Of a stretch of 64,000 bases of DNA, positions 9,865 to 19,410 are shown in pieces. The stretch covers positions 4,352,001 to 4,416,000 of the forward strand of contig OZ244937.1 of assembly GCA_965222075.1 (NCBI GenBank), in the 5' to 3' direction. The notes under the pieces were generated by a model. That model did no database searches. It saw only the letters and a program-made list of their open reading frames with translations, and was not told the origin of the DNA. A program made the translations under genes and the position numbers. Origin of the DNA: Candidatus Latescibacterota bacterium (GTDB taxonomy: Bacteria > Latescibacterota > UBA2968 > GCA-2709665). Each line of letters starts with the position of its first letter. Position 1 is the stretch's first letter.

Positions 9865-10296
9865 TTATCCACGGTTGAGGGGTGTGCCGCACCGGGGGCA
9901 GAACCGGGCATTGCCGGGGGGAACGGTTTTGCAGTTCGGACAGGCAGCTTTTTTGCCTTTTGGGGAGCGCCGGAGGGCCGCGATTTCCTGCTCGATGCGG
10001 TCTTCGACGGCCTCTGCCCGGCCGTTCGTCCCGTCGATGGCTTTCAGGAGTTCGACGGCCTGAGATTCGTAACGCGCCCGGGTCTGGCGGTAGTCGTCCT
10101 CTTCTACTTTGCCCATGCGATAGTCAAAGTCGAGTTCCTGGATGGATTCGTAGAGGGTCTCCCGGTCTTCCAGGAGTTGACGGCGACGGTTTTCCTTACG
10201 GGAGGCCCGGTCGATTTCCCCGCGGGCCGCGAAGAGGGGGCGGAAAACGAAGATGAGTACGACCCCTGCGACCAGGATATAGGCGGCGGCAATCAC
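9865..10296 (-). CDS. CcmI-N-like membrane protein with C-terminal double zinc ribbon
   Basis: GTG start overlaps the ccmH stop (GTGA). TM helix, IQELDFDYRMGKVEEDDY, and CPNC...FCPRCG. Confidence 0.78.
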   Translation of the reverse strand: MIAAAYILVAGVVLIFVFRPLFAARGEIDRASRKENRRRQLLEDRETLYESIQELDFDYRMGKVEEDDYRQTRARYESQAVELLKAIDGTNGRAEAVEDRIEQEIAALRRSPKGKKAACPNCKTVPPGNARFCPRCGTPLNRG

Positions 10297-10838
10297 GTTT
10301 CGCGTTCCTTGAGCTCGCGTTCCAGTTTTGCCCGGTAGGCGTCGTCTACCCCGGCTTCCGACGGCTGCACCGGTGCAGGCCCCTGTTTCCCCTGAGACCA
10401 GTTTCGGATGACGGTCCAGACGAAGAGGGTGCCCAGGGCCAGGACGAGGAAGGGCATGACCCAGGCGGTGAGATTGAAGCCCTCTGCGGGGGGGCTGGAA
10501 AACGCCTCCTGGCCGAACTCTTTGACAAATCCGGCGACGATGGTTTGTTTGTCCTGGCCCGCTTTTAGGGCGTCGGCAATGCGGATGCGGTTTTTGTCCG
10601 CCCAGCCACAGGCGCATTCGTGCAGGGGACGGCGCGGACAGGAGCCGCAGAGGCAGGCCAGTTCCCTGGCAACGTCTTTGACCAGAGCGTCGGTGACTTC
10701 GGCGGCTGTCGGGGCAATGGCAAAGAACAGGCAGAGCGCGAGGAGCGGGGTACAGACGGCAGAATGGACGATGGACGACGGACGAAACCAGATGGCTTTA
10801 GGGGTTTGACCTTGGTCCGTGGTCTGCGGTCTTTTCAC
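10293..10838 (-). CDS. ccmH: Cytochrome c biogenesis protein CcmH
   Basis: LACLCGSC motif, PPAEGFNLTAWVMP plus TM helix, directly after ccmF. The N-terminal start is uncertain because it carries heptamer repeats. Confidence 0.82.
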   Translation of the reverse strand: MKRPQTTDQGQTPKAIWFRPSSIVHSAVCTPLLALCLFFAIAPTAAEVTDALVKDVARELACLCGSCPRRPLHECACGWADKNRIRIADALKAGQDKQTIVAGFVKEFGQEAFSSPPAEGFNLTAWVMPFLVLALGTLFVWTVIRNWSQGKQGPAPVQPSEAGVDDAYRAKLERELKERET

Positions 10839-12835
10839 GCGGTGGCCTCCTGTCGCGCTTCCTCGTGTATGCCGCTGATACGCCCGCGTCGGAGTTTCTC
10901 ACGTCTGTCGGGCCACATGGCAACGATCGTTCCGAGGGTAAGCACACAGGTCCCGATCCAGACCCACATGACGAGGGGGTTGACGTAGGCCCGGAAGAAG
11001 GCCGTGCCCTCCTGGTTCTGGCCTTCGTAGAGGACGTAGAGGTCCTCGCGGGGGGTGGACCGGATGGCGACTTCGGTGGTGCGCTGCTGGTCCTGGCGTT
11101 TGTAGTAGACGTGCTGCTCGGGCCACATGGTGCCCAGACGCCTGTCACCGCGATAGACGCCTAGCTGGGTCTGGATGACGACGGTGAGCGGGTTCTGGCT
11201 TTCCGAGGTGCCTTCGTAGACAAGCCGGTAGGTCCCCACGTCCATGGATTCCTCGTATTTCAGCCCGGCTTCGGTTTCTTTGTTGAAGGCGTTTCCGGTG
11301 AATCCGACGAAGAGGAGGACGACGCCGAAGTGGACGATGTAGCCGCCATATCGGCGCCGGTTGCGTCCGGTGAGGGTCCACAGGGCCGTGAGATAGGACT
11401 CTCCCGAGTTGCTGCGCCGGGCCCGGGCGCCCCGGTGGAACTCGGTGATAATGGTGCCAACCACAAAGCCGCACAATGTGAAGGAGATAAGGGCGTAGAC
11501 GTCGTGTGCCCCAAGGACAAAGGCCGCGGCCCCGCAGAGGAGACCGAAGATGCTGGACGCGGTAAAGTGCCGTTTGAGGCTCTTGCCCGAGGTCTTCCGC
11601 CAGGCCAGGAGGGGGCCGATGCCTGTAAGGGCGAGGAGCAGCAGGCCGATGGGGACCATGACGGCGTTGAAGAAGGGGGGGCCGACGGTGATTTTGGAGC
11701 CGGTGACGGCCTCGGAGATCACGGGGAACATGACGCCCCAGAAGATGGCGAAGGTGGAGGTGAGGAAGAGCAGGTTGTTGAGCAGGAAGCCCCCTTCACG
11801 TGAGACGGGAGATTCGTATTCGTTGCGGCTTTTGAGCAGGCCCAACCGGGTCTTCAGGAAGTAGGCGGAAAAGAGGATGATGGCAACGACGAACCCGAAA
11901 AACATCGGTCCGGTGGGGGACTGGGCGAAGGCGTGGACCGAGGAGACGACGCCGCTGCGGGTCAAAAACGTGCCGTAGATGCAGAGGGTGAAGGTGAGGA
12001 TGATGAGGATCATGTTCCAGACTTTGAGCATGCCTTTCTTTTCCTGGATCATGACCGAGTGGAGGAAGGCGGTGCCGGTGAGCCAGGGGAGGAGGGCCGC
12101 GTTTTCCACCGGGTCCCAGCCCCAGTAGCCGCCCCATCCGAGGACCACGTAGGCCCACTTGCCGCCCAGGAGTTGGCCGGTGCCCAGGAAGACCCAGGGG
12201 AGAATCGTCCAGCGCCTTGTGGTGCGGATCCAGTCTTCGTTGGGTTGCCGGCTGATGAGGGCGGCCATTGCAAAGGCATAGGGGACCACAAAGCCGACGT
12301 ATCCCAGGTAGAGCATAGGGGGATGAATCTGCATGTACGGATGGACCAGGAGCGGGTTCATGCCCTGTCCGTCGGCCGGCATGAATCCGAGCAGTTTGAA
12401 GGGGTTCTCGTAGATCGCGATCAGGCCCATAAAGAAGACCTGTACGGCCGCCAGGACCGCAGTGGCGTACGAGGCCAGGGGCCCCCGAAACCGCCGGCTC
12501 ATCCGCACGGCAAAGAAGCTGTATCCGGAGAGGACAAAGGCCCAGAGGAGGAGGGAGCCCTCCATGCCGGACCAGAGGGCGGTGAATTTGTAGGGGGTAG
12601 GCAGGTCGCGGCTGGCGTGGGTGGCCACGTAGTGGACGTCGAAGCGGTCGTTTAGAAAGAGGTATTCGAGAATGGCAAAGGCCAGCAGGAGGAGTCCGAA
12701 ACTGGCATAGACCGCACGTTCGGCGCTCAAGGTGAGGTCTATGCGTCGGGTTCGCCCCGCAAGCGCGGCGGCTGCGACGCCGTAGAGGGACGTGATAAGG
12801 GTAAGCCAGATGAAGAAGTTGCCGAGGTCGGCCAT
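10835..12835 (-). CDS. ccmF: Heme lyase CcmF
   Basis: ALWSGMEGSLLLW, HPPMLYLGY, WGGYWGWDPVENA and SVHAFA. Confidence 0.96.
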   Translation of the reverse strand: MADLGNFFIWLTLITSLYGVAAAALAGRTRRIDLTLSAERAVYASFGLLLLAFAILEYLFLNDRFDVHYVATHASRDLPTPYKFTALWSGMEGSLLLWAFVLSGYSFFAVRMSRRFRGPLASYATAVLAAVQVFFMGLIAIYENPFKLLGFMPADGQGMNPLLVHPYMQIHPPMLYLGYVGFVVPYAFAMAALISRQPNEDWIRTTRRWTILPWVFLGTGQLLGGKWAYVVLGWGGYWGWDPVENAALLPWLTGTAFLHSVMIQEKKGMLKVWNMILIILTFTLCIYGTFLTRSGVVSSVHAFAQSPTGPMFFGFVVAIILFSAYFLKTRLGLLKSRNEYESPVSREGGFLLNNLLFLTSTFAIFWGVMFPVISEAVTGSKITVGPPFFNAVMVPIGLLLLALTGIGPLLAWRKTSGKSLKRHFTASSIFGLLCGAAAFVLGAHDVYALISFTLCGFVVGTIITEFHRGARARRSNSGESYLTALWTLTGRNRRRYGGYIVHFGVVLLFVGFTGNAFNKETEAGLKYEESMDVGTYRLVYEGTSESQNPLTVVIQTQLGVYRGDRRLGTMWPEQHVYYKRQDQQRTTEVAIRSTPREDLYVLYEGQNQEGTAFFRAYVNPLVMWVWIGTCVLTLGTIVAMWPDRREKLRRGRISGIHEEARQEATA

Positions 12836-12952
12836 TGAAAGTCCTTAAGGCGTGAAACGTGAAACGTGCCACCCCACCTCACCTCCCAAATCTGGAAGCC
12901 GGGGTTCCAGGGAGGGGTAGAGGGGTTGTTTGCCGTTTGCCGTTTCACGGTG

Positions 12953-13414
12953 TTATTTTTTATACCCCTTCTTCATCTCTTCAAAGCTCTGGCCTTCGTA
13001 TTTGGAGGGACACTTGGCCAGGAGGGTTTCGGCGTGGAAGACGCCGTCGGACCCGGTCTTGCCCTCCAGAACGACATCGGATTCATCCCTGAAGGTGTCG
13101 GGGACGATGCCTTTGTAGCGGACTACCCTCGGTTCTGAGAAGGCGTCCGGGGCGCCACCGACCGGTTCCCAGATCCGGAATGCCACGGCCAGGGTGCGGT
13201 CGTCGGTCTGGATGGAGCCGGGGACGACTTTTCCGGCGAGCTTGATCCGCCTGTCCACAAACTCCGTCTCCCGGGCCTCCAGTTCGGTTACGGTAAAGTA
13301 GTACATGGCCGATTTCTGGAAGCCGGATACGACGAGGTAGAGCAGGCAAAGGACAATGACGGTGAATCCCGCCACGAATTTGACTTTTTTGCGAGCCATA
13401 TTTTGTTCCTTCAT
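12953..13414 (-). CDS. ccmE: Heme chaperone CcmE, CxxxY (System I*) type
   Basis: YYFTVTE, GKVVPGSI, YKGIVPDTFR and LAKCPSKY. Confidence 0.92.
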   Translation of the reverse strand: MKEQNMARKKVKFVAGFTVIVLCLLYLVVSGFQKSAMYYFTVTELEARETEFVDRRIKLAGKVVPGSIQTDDRTLAVAFRIWEPVGGAPDAFSEPRVVRYKGIVPDTFRDESDVVLEGKTGSDGVFHAETLLAKCPSKYEGQSFEEMKKGYKK

Positions 13415-13659
13415 GGGTCCTGATTTTGAGTCTGATCCAAGGTCTGTTCTATTGGATCAATAAGGGCTTAAAGATAACCAAAAAGGACCTATGTGACAAC
13501 TCAAATCCCGCCCCTTCGGGAGCGCATACCACCACCGTGGGCCGGTCGGCGACGCGGGCGGAGTCGAGATCAACCGCTGTGACCTTCCCGGAGGCCTGTT
13601 CCAGCCCCTCCCGGTCGAAGACCATCTCTCCCCGTTTTGGCTTTCGGCGGTTTCCCTGC

Positions 13660-15156
13660 CTATTGGTTTTCGGTTTTACCCTCTGTGGGAGTGAGTTCGA
13701 TGCGGGTGACCGGACCAAGGGTGGAGAGGGGTTTGTCGAGTTTTTTCTCGTTGCCCACGACGACGATCGCGACTTTATCGGGGTGCATGTATTCCCGCGC
13801 GACCCGGAGGGCGTCGTCCTTTGTGACGGCCTGGGTGCGGACGATATAGGATTCTAAGTAGTCGTCCGGGAAGCCGTAGTATTTGTAGTAGACCTTCTGA
13901 TCGACGATGGCCGAGCTGGAGGCGTAGTTGAAGACGTCGGAGTTGATGAGGCGGTTTTTAGAGAATTCGAACTCCTCATCCAGGATGGGGCCTTCGCGCA
14001 TCTTCCGGGTGATGTCGAGCATGGCAGCGATCGCTTCGACGGTGGTTTGGGCCTTGGTCTGGCAGGAGATATAAAAGGGCCCCTTGGCGGGTCCCCGGGT
14101 AACGCCGCCGCCAACCGAATAGGCGAGCCCCCGGGCGCTGCGGATCTCTTTGCCGAGGCGAGAGGTGAAGGTACCCACGCCGTAGATCCGGTTCATGATC
14201 CGGATGGCGTACCAATCCGGGTTGAGGTTGTCGATGCCGAGGTGGCCGATGTAGATAGAGGACTGGTTCACGTCTTTTTCGATATAGTAGACGCCCGGTT
14301 CGGGGTCACGAACTCTGGGGACTTCGGGAAAGTCGATCTCCGCGCGTTCCCAGCCCTGGAAGGCCTCGCGGATTCTGGCGACGATGTCGTCGGCCTTAAA
14401 GTCTCCAGAGACGGCGAGTATTGTGTTATTAGGGTGGAAGTATTTGCTGTGGAAGGCGACCATGTCGTTCCGGGTGATGCTTTGCACGGTTTCGATTGTG
14501 GAGTGCCGGCCCCAGGGGCTGTCTTTGCCGTAGATCACCTTGTAGAACTCACGGGAGGCGACCGCGCGGGGGTTGTCGTTGCGGCGGCGGATGCCTTCGG
14601 CCGTCCGGCGTTTGGCCAGGTCGATTTTGTCCTGCGGAAAGGTGGGGTTCGTGAGCAGATCGGCAAAGATTTCCAGGCCCGTGTCGATGTGCTTGGCCAG
14701 TACGGAGAGGGAGGCCGTGCCGTGGGACTGGCCGATGCCGACTTCGACTGAGCCGGCGATGAAGGCGAGTTCTTCGTCGAGTTGATCCCCCGGTCGTGTG
14801 GGGGTGCCCCCGGTGCGCATGACGCGACCGGTGAGGCCGGCGAGTCCGACCTTGTCGGGCGGTTCGTAAATGGTGCCGGTGCGGATGTAGGCCTTGACGT
14901 TGAAGAGGGGAAGTTCGTTGTCCTCTAAGATGTAGAGGACCATGCCGTTTTCCAGCGTGACGATTTCGGGTTGCGGCGGGTTGAAGGTGAGCGGTTCGGG
15001 TGGAGGCAACTCCGAGGGGTGCTGCTGGGCTGTGAGCGGTGAAAAGGATCCCAGGCAGAGGGCGTACAAGAGTCCGGTCTGGATGGCGAGGTGCCGGACA
15101 GAGGATTTATGCACACTCAGAAGAAAAGAGAGATAGGGTTTCATTATTGTCCTCAT
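13660..15156 (-). CDS. M16 family peptidase, non-catalytic subunit
   Basis: LENGMVLY, ELPL and KVGLAGLTGRVMRTGG. It lacks HxxEH and is paired with the catalytic subunit. Confidence 0.88.
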   Translation of the reverse strand: MRTIMKPYLSFLLSVHKSSVRHLAIQTGLLYALCLGSFSPLTAQQHPSELPPPEPLTFNPPQPEIVTLENGMVLYILEDNELPLFNVKAYIRTGTIYEPPDKVGLAGLTGRVMRTGGTPTRPGDQLDEELAFIAGSVEVGIGQSHGTASLSVLAKHIDTGLEIFADLLTNPTFPQDKIDLAKRRTAEGIRRRNDNPRAVASREFYKVIYGKDSPWGRHSTIETVQSITRNDMVAFHSKYFHPNNTILAVSGDFKADDIVARIREAFQGWERAEIDFPEVPRVRDPEPGVYYIEKDVNQSSIYIGHLGIDNLNPDWYAIRIMNRIYGVGTFTSRLGKEIRSARGLAYSVGGGVTRGPAKGPFYISCQTKAQTTVEAIAAMLDITRKMREGPILDEEFEFSKNRLINSDVFNYASSSAIVDQKVYYKYYGFPDDYLESYIVRTQAVTKDDALRVAREYMHPDKVAIVVVGNEKKLDKPLSTLGPVTRIELTPTEGKTENQ

Positions 15157-15168
15157 CTATGTGGAGAC

Positions 15169-16830
15169 CTAAGGCGTTGGGGGTTCGGCTTTGGGTTTTT
15201 TGACCAGGGTGGCGACGGTGCGGTTGGTGGGGACAAAGTAGGTTTTGGCCACGCGCATGACGTCTTGGGGGGTCAGGGTGGCGACAATTTTGGCGTGTGT
15301 GGCGAGGTAGCGCCAGTCGCCGAACAGGGTTTCATAAAGGGCCAAGCTCTGGGCCAGCCCGCCGTTGGATGCGAGTTCCCGGATAAAGTCAGCCTCCAGG
15401 TTGTTGATGACTTTCTGGAATTCCTTTTCGCCGATCGGTTCGGTTTTGAGACGGTCGAGTTCCTCATAGATGACCTTTTCGAGTTCTTCGGTCGTATGGG
15501 GATGAATGGGGTTGGCTTCGATGAGGAAGAGGTTGTCGTACCGGGGGCCGGGAATGCTGTTGTAGGTACTAACGCTGGTGGCGATTCGGTCCTCTTTGAT
15601 GAGCCGTTTGTAGAGCCTGGAGCTGCGGCCCGTGTCGGTGAGGATGTCGTCGATGAGGTCGAAAACGTAGTCGTCCCTCTGGGGGGCGGTCGGCTTGTGG
15701 AAGGCGATCATGACCTGCGGTTCGGCGTCGAACTCGATCACAACCCGGCGTTCGCCCTCCTGTTTCGGCTCGCGGGTGAGGATGCGGGGCGGGGGCGGGC
15801 CCGAGGGGATCTTTCCAAAGTATTTTTCGACCATTTCTATAGCATCGGGGGTGTGGAAATCACCGACGAGGACGCCGACCATGTTGTTGGGAACATAGTA
15901 GGTCTTTTGGAAGGCTTCGGCGTCGGTGGCGGTGAAGTTGGTGATGTCGGACATCCAGCCGATGTTGGGCAGGCCGTAGGGATGGGCCTGGAAGGCGGAC
16001 GTAACGAGGGCTTCGTAGAGCTTGCCGCCGGGTCTGTTTTCGTAGCGCATGCGGCGCTCTTCGGCGACGACGTCGCGCTCAAGATAGAATTCGCGCATGA
16101 CGGGGTCGCGCAGGCGCTCGGATTCCATCAGGGCCCATAACTCCAGGCGGTTGGCGGGCAGGTCTGTGATGTAGATGGTGTAGTCTTTGCCCGTGGCGGC
16201 GTTGATGCCCGGGCTGCCGTTGGCGATGAGGATCTGGGTGAATTCGTCCCGGACGATATGGTTCTTGTGTTCATTTTGCAGGCGTTTAAGCTCGGCCTGG
16301 GATTCCAGCATCCGGATGTAGGTGCCCAAGTGGGCGGGCGCGTCTTTGCCCTGGCGGTTGCTTTCGGTTTTGAGCGCGGCAATTGAACGTTCGAGTTGGG
16401 CGATTTTATCGGGACGCTTTGCAGGCTTTTCGGATGCGGATTTTTGGAGGTTGCGCTCCAGTCCCCCCAGGATTTCCATTTCCGCCTGCGGGATCTCGGC
16501 CCGGACGCGGTTAAAGGCGGCCGCAGCGCGTTCGATCTCGACAAGGATCGATTTTTCCTTACTGTAGTCCACTGTGCCGATGCGACGGGTACCTTTAAAG
16601 GCCATGTGCTCGAACATGTGGGCGATGCCAGTGATGCCGGTGCGCTCGTCCACGCCTCCAACTTTGACCATGATGCGGCCGGAAAAGACGGGGGCCTGAC
16701 GCCGCTCGACAAAGAGGAAGCGCATGCCGTTTTTCAAGCTGTGTTCAACAACCCGGCTCTCCAGATCCTGGGCCGTAAGCTGTAAGGGGAAAAGGGTGAA
16801 GGTGAAGAGTGCGGCAATGAGGCGATTCAT
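15169..16830 (-). CDS. M16 family zinc peptidase, catalytic subunit, secreted
   Basis: Signal peptide, GIAHMFEHMAFKG (HxxEH), NAATGKDYT and VVAEERRMR, with a coiled-coil insertion. Confidence 0.92.
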   Translation of the reverse strand: MNRLIAALFTFTLFPLQLTAQDLESRVVEHSLKNGMRFLFVERRQAPVFSGRIMVKVGGVDERTGITGIAHMFEHMAFKGTRRIGTVDYSKEKSILVEIERAAAAFNRVRAEIPQAEMEILGGLERNLQKSASEKPAKRPDKIAQLERSIAALKTESNRQGKDAPAHLGTYIRMLESQAELKRLQNEHKNHIVRDEFTQILIANGSPGINAATGKDYTIYITDLPANRLELWALMESERLRDPVMREFYLERDVVAEERRMRYENRPGGKLYEALVTSAFQAHPYGLPNIGWMSDITNFTATDAEAFQKTYYVPNNMVGVLVGDFHTPDAIEMVEKYFGKIPSGPPPPRILTREPKQEGERRVVIEFDAEPQVMIAFHKPTAPQRDDYVFDLIDDILTDTGRSSRLYKRLIKEDRIATSVSTYNSIPGPRYDNLFLIEANPIHPHTTEELEKVIYEELDRLKTEPIGEKEFQKVINNLEADFIRELASNGGLAQSLALYETLFGDWRYLATHAKIVATLTPQDVMRVAKTYFVPTNRTVATLVKKPKAEPPTP

Positions 16831-16918
16831 GGAATAGCTCTCCTTCTCCTGGCTGGTTACAGGTGTTCAGCAGTGATTAAGGGTATGGATGACAATATAC
16901 CAATAGCTCGGGGAAAAT

Positions 16919-18151
16919 TCAATCCCTCACACAGTCCTCCGGTTGGATTTGACCGAGACGGTCGATGACGTCTTTGGGCTGGATGCGGTTTTTGAAGAAG
17001 AAGACATGGCCGGGGATGTCTTTGAAGTCGCCTTCCTGCACGTTGAGATCGCGGGAGACGGCGATGACGAGGTCTCTCCGGTCCGCGCGGCGGAGTTTGT
17101 CCAGCTTGCGGCGGAGGTAGTCGGGGTGCCAGAAGCCGACGATTTCTAAGAGGGCGGTGCGGCCGTCGGGGTGGTGGAAGGCAAAGTCGGGGATGAAGAC
17201 GGTGTCTTTGAGGTTGACAATTTCGGTTTCGCGCTCTAAGACCCAGTCGGTTTTCGCCTTTTCAAAGCGGCCTGCGAAGGTCTCTTCTAAGAGCGAGTCG
17301 TAGACGGTCTGGTCTTTGTAGTGGGAGACGAGGGTGTGGTTTTCGTCTAAGACGAACAGCCCCTTCCGGCCGTCGGTAAGGGCGATTTCGGCTTCCATTT
17401 TCCAGCGGATACACAAGAGCAGGGCCGGGAGGAAGACGGCCATTTTGATGCCGTATTTCTGGGAGAGGCGGAACATGCTCACCGGGCCGTCCAAGACGAT
17501 TTCGTAGCCGGCGTCCCGGTCGCCTCTGATGTCGTGGATGAGGCGGAAGAATTTGATGAATTTGAAGAGCTGCTTGTAGCGGACCGGGAGGTTGCGGTGG
17601 ACGGAGAGACGCATGCGGGCGCAGCGGTAGAACATGGCCTGGGCCAGGGCGACGTTGTAGCGGTTGAGGAGCCAGTCGGGGGTGGGAGGATCGAAGACGT
17701 CAAAGACGTGGTTGTCGGCCAGGTCGGCGTAGAGGCTGCCGGCGACTTCATCGACCGAGACCTGGTGCTGGAGGGCAATTTGGTCCAGGATGTGGGCCCG
17801 GGTGACGGGGTAGATGAGATCGGGTTCGCGGACGACGGGGTGATTTTCACGGGCGAGGACGAAGACCTGCGCGCGTAGCTCGACGGGATCGATGAGGCTG
17901 GCGATGCGAAACTCGCAGCGGTCGTCTTCAAGGAGCTTGGCCAAGCCGCGCTGAATGCGGTAGTCGGTGGCTTCACCGGCCCGGGCGTCCAACGCGGCGT
18001 GGAGTTCGCGCCGCGTTTTGTTCCGGTGGGATTTAAAGATGTCGATGAGGTCCTGCGCGAGGTCGATCATCCGATCGGAATCGGCGTCGACGTAGCGGGG
18101 GTTGATGTAAGGTCCGCGGGTGCGGGTGAGAAGAAGGTCGGAGGTGAGCAT
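16919..18151 (-). CDS. DUF790 family (Bax1-like) endonuclease
   Basis: MLTSDLL, RYNVALAQ, LDGPVSMF, YDSLLEETFA, FIPDF and EIVGFWHPDYL. Confidence 0.9.
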   Translation of the reverse strand: MLTSDLLLTRTRGPYINPRYVDADSDRMIDLAQDLIDIFKSHRNKTRRELHAALDARAGEATDYRIQRGLAKLLEDDRCEFRIASLIDPVELRAQVFVLARENHPVVREPDLIYPVTRAHILDQIALQHQVSVDEVAGSLYADLADNHVFDVFDPPTPDWLLNRYNVALAQAMFYRCARMRLSVHRNLPVRYKQLFKFIKFFRLIHDIRGDRDAGYEIVLDGPVSMFRLSQKYGIKMAVFLPALLLCIRWKMEAEIALTDGRKGLFVLDENHTLVSHYKDQTVYDSLLEETFAGRFEKAKTDWVLERETEIVNLKDTVFIPDFAFHHPDGRTALLEIVGFWHPDYLRRKLDKLRRADRRDLVIAVSRDLNVQEGDFKDIPGHVFFFKNRIQPKDVIDRLGQIQPEDCVRD

Positions 18152-18175
18152 GGCGTTTTTTGAAATTTTTCAATT

Positions 18176-18303
18176 TGGCCCTTTGGAAGACCGTACCGGC
18201 ATTACCCCGGGGACACCGGAGGGCTTCGAGTTAGCTTCGGTGCACCTATCCTCCACGTTCACGGGCGGAGCAAGTTTCATCTCGAAAAACCGTTGCAGGG
18301 CCA
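18176..18303 (-). ncRNA. Structured non-coding element, copy A (IS110 bridge/seek-RNA-like, putative)
   Basis: Shares GAGGGCTTCGAGTT, CCTATCCTCCAC and CGTTCACGGG blocks with 26182-26301, with compensatory changes in stems. Confidence 0.6.
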
Positions 18304-18326
18304 GAAAACCCTTCGGTTCAACGCAT

Positions 18327-18380
18327 CCCCTCCTTCTCCCCTTCTCCCACGTGCGGAAGAAGGGGTTGGGGAATGAGGGA
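18327..18380. repeat. REP-like imperfect palindrome (CCCCT...CCCCTTCTCCC...GAAGGGGTTGGGGAATGAGGG type)
   Basis: Pyrimidine/purine arm hairpin. Similar elements lie at about 12871-12928, 23397-23430 and 51610-51643. Confidence 0.5.
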
Positions 18381-18381
18381 C

Positions 18382-19371
18382 TTATCCCGAAAACCCCAGT
18401 TCCACCCCATCTTCAACGTCCACGGTAACGCGCAAAACGCCGGGCCTTAACAAGGTTGCGGGGCGTGATTTACCGTTTACACTGACCACCGGGTTCCGGC
18501 ACCAGGGGGCAGGAACCTCAGTGTCGAGGGTGAGGGTGCGGCAGGTGACGCGGTCGGACAGGCCGTTGAGGGTGAGTCGGTAGCGCTTTTCTTCGGGTGT
18601 ATCGGCGAGGGTTTCGATTTGGGTGTGTCGGCGGGTGAGGTGATAGAAGAGGGCCTCTTCGGGTACGGCGCACCAGACGTCGCCGCCTTCGGAAAGGACC
18701 GTTTCAAACCGTCTGCGGAGCTGGGCCTCGGAGCAGTCTTTGCTGGGGTGGACCGGCTCTTCTAAGGGGCAGTGGCAGTAGTCGATGATCCAGCCGCCGT
18801 CCTCCTGGGCGTGGCGGATGTTCCGGTAAGGGTCGAACTCGCTGTAGAAGGGCTCGTAGTAGTGGTCGTGGAGGGCGGTGCGGTTGAGCCAGAAGAGTTC
18901 CTCGCCGGGGCGGTTGAGGGCGTCGGTGAGGCTCATGGCGCCCACGTAGCCGTATTCCCGGCAGGCGGCTAAGATGTGGCCGGCCATGTTGGTATTGTTG
19001 CCGGGAGAGCAGTAGAGGTCCACGGGGCCGTCGATGGCCTCCTCTAAGACCTCCCTGGCCTGGCGCAGTTCGCGGTCGACCATGTCGGGGGCGATGTTCT
19101 GGTGGCTCCACGAGTGGTTGCCCACACCCCAGCCCCGGGCGATGAGGTCCCCCATCTCTTCCCCGTTCATGTGCCGGAATCCGTTATAGCTGGAGTTGCC
19201 GATGTTCCGGACCTCTCCGATGTGCCCGGCAACGGCCTCCACGTGGCCGGGGATGCCGTATTCCTCGTGGATGGGGACCGCGAATTTGTGCAGCTCGATG
19301 AGCGCCTCGTCGTAGGTGATGGAGTAGACCCAGCGTTTGCCGTGTTTCCAGTCGCAGACGGTGAGGGGCAT
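18382..19371 (-). CDS. Polysaccharide deacetylase (CE4/NodB-like) family protein
   Basis: SITYDE and GNHSWSH (HxxxH) motifs. Confidence 0.8.
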   Translation of the reverse strand: MPLTVCDWKHGKRWVYSITYDEALIELHKFAVPIHEEYGIPGHVEAVAGHIGEVRNIGNSSYNGFRHMNGEEMGDLIARGWGVGNHSWSHQNIAPDMVDRELRQAREVLEEAIDGPVDLYCSPGNNTNMAGHILAACREYGYVGAMSLTDALNRPGEELFWLNRTALHDHYYEPFYSEFDPYRNIRHAQEDGGWIIDYCHCPLEEPVHPSKDCSEAQLRRRFETVLSEGGDVWCAVPEEALFYHLTRRHTQIETLADTPEEKRYRLTLNGLSDRVTCRTLTLDTEVPAPWCRNPVVSVNGKSRPATLLRPGVLRVTVDVEDGVELGFSG

Positions 19372-19410
19372 GGTATGGTCCTTTTGTCAGATGTTAGGGG
19401 CGATCCCCGG

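Noticed and set aside
13449-13625. Small minus-strand ORF MVFDREGLEQASGK... upstream of ccmE
   Set aside because: It has a possible RBS but no recognisable family and runs into AT-rich promoter-like DNA, so support is insufficient.
18176-18303. Known riboswitch or ribozyme identity (glmS, c-di-GMP, c-di-AMP, SAM, cobalamin, TPP) for the structured elements
   Set aside because: The consensus cores I remember for these families are absent and the downstream genes are unrelated. An Rfam search is still needed.
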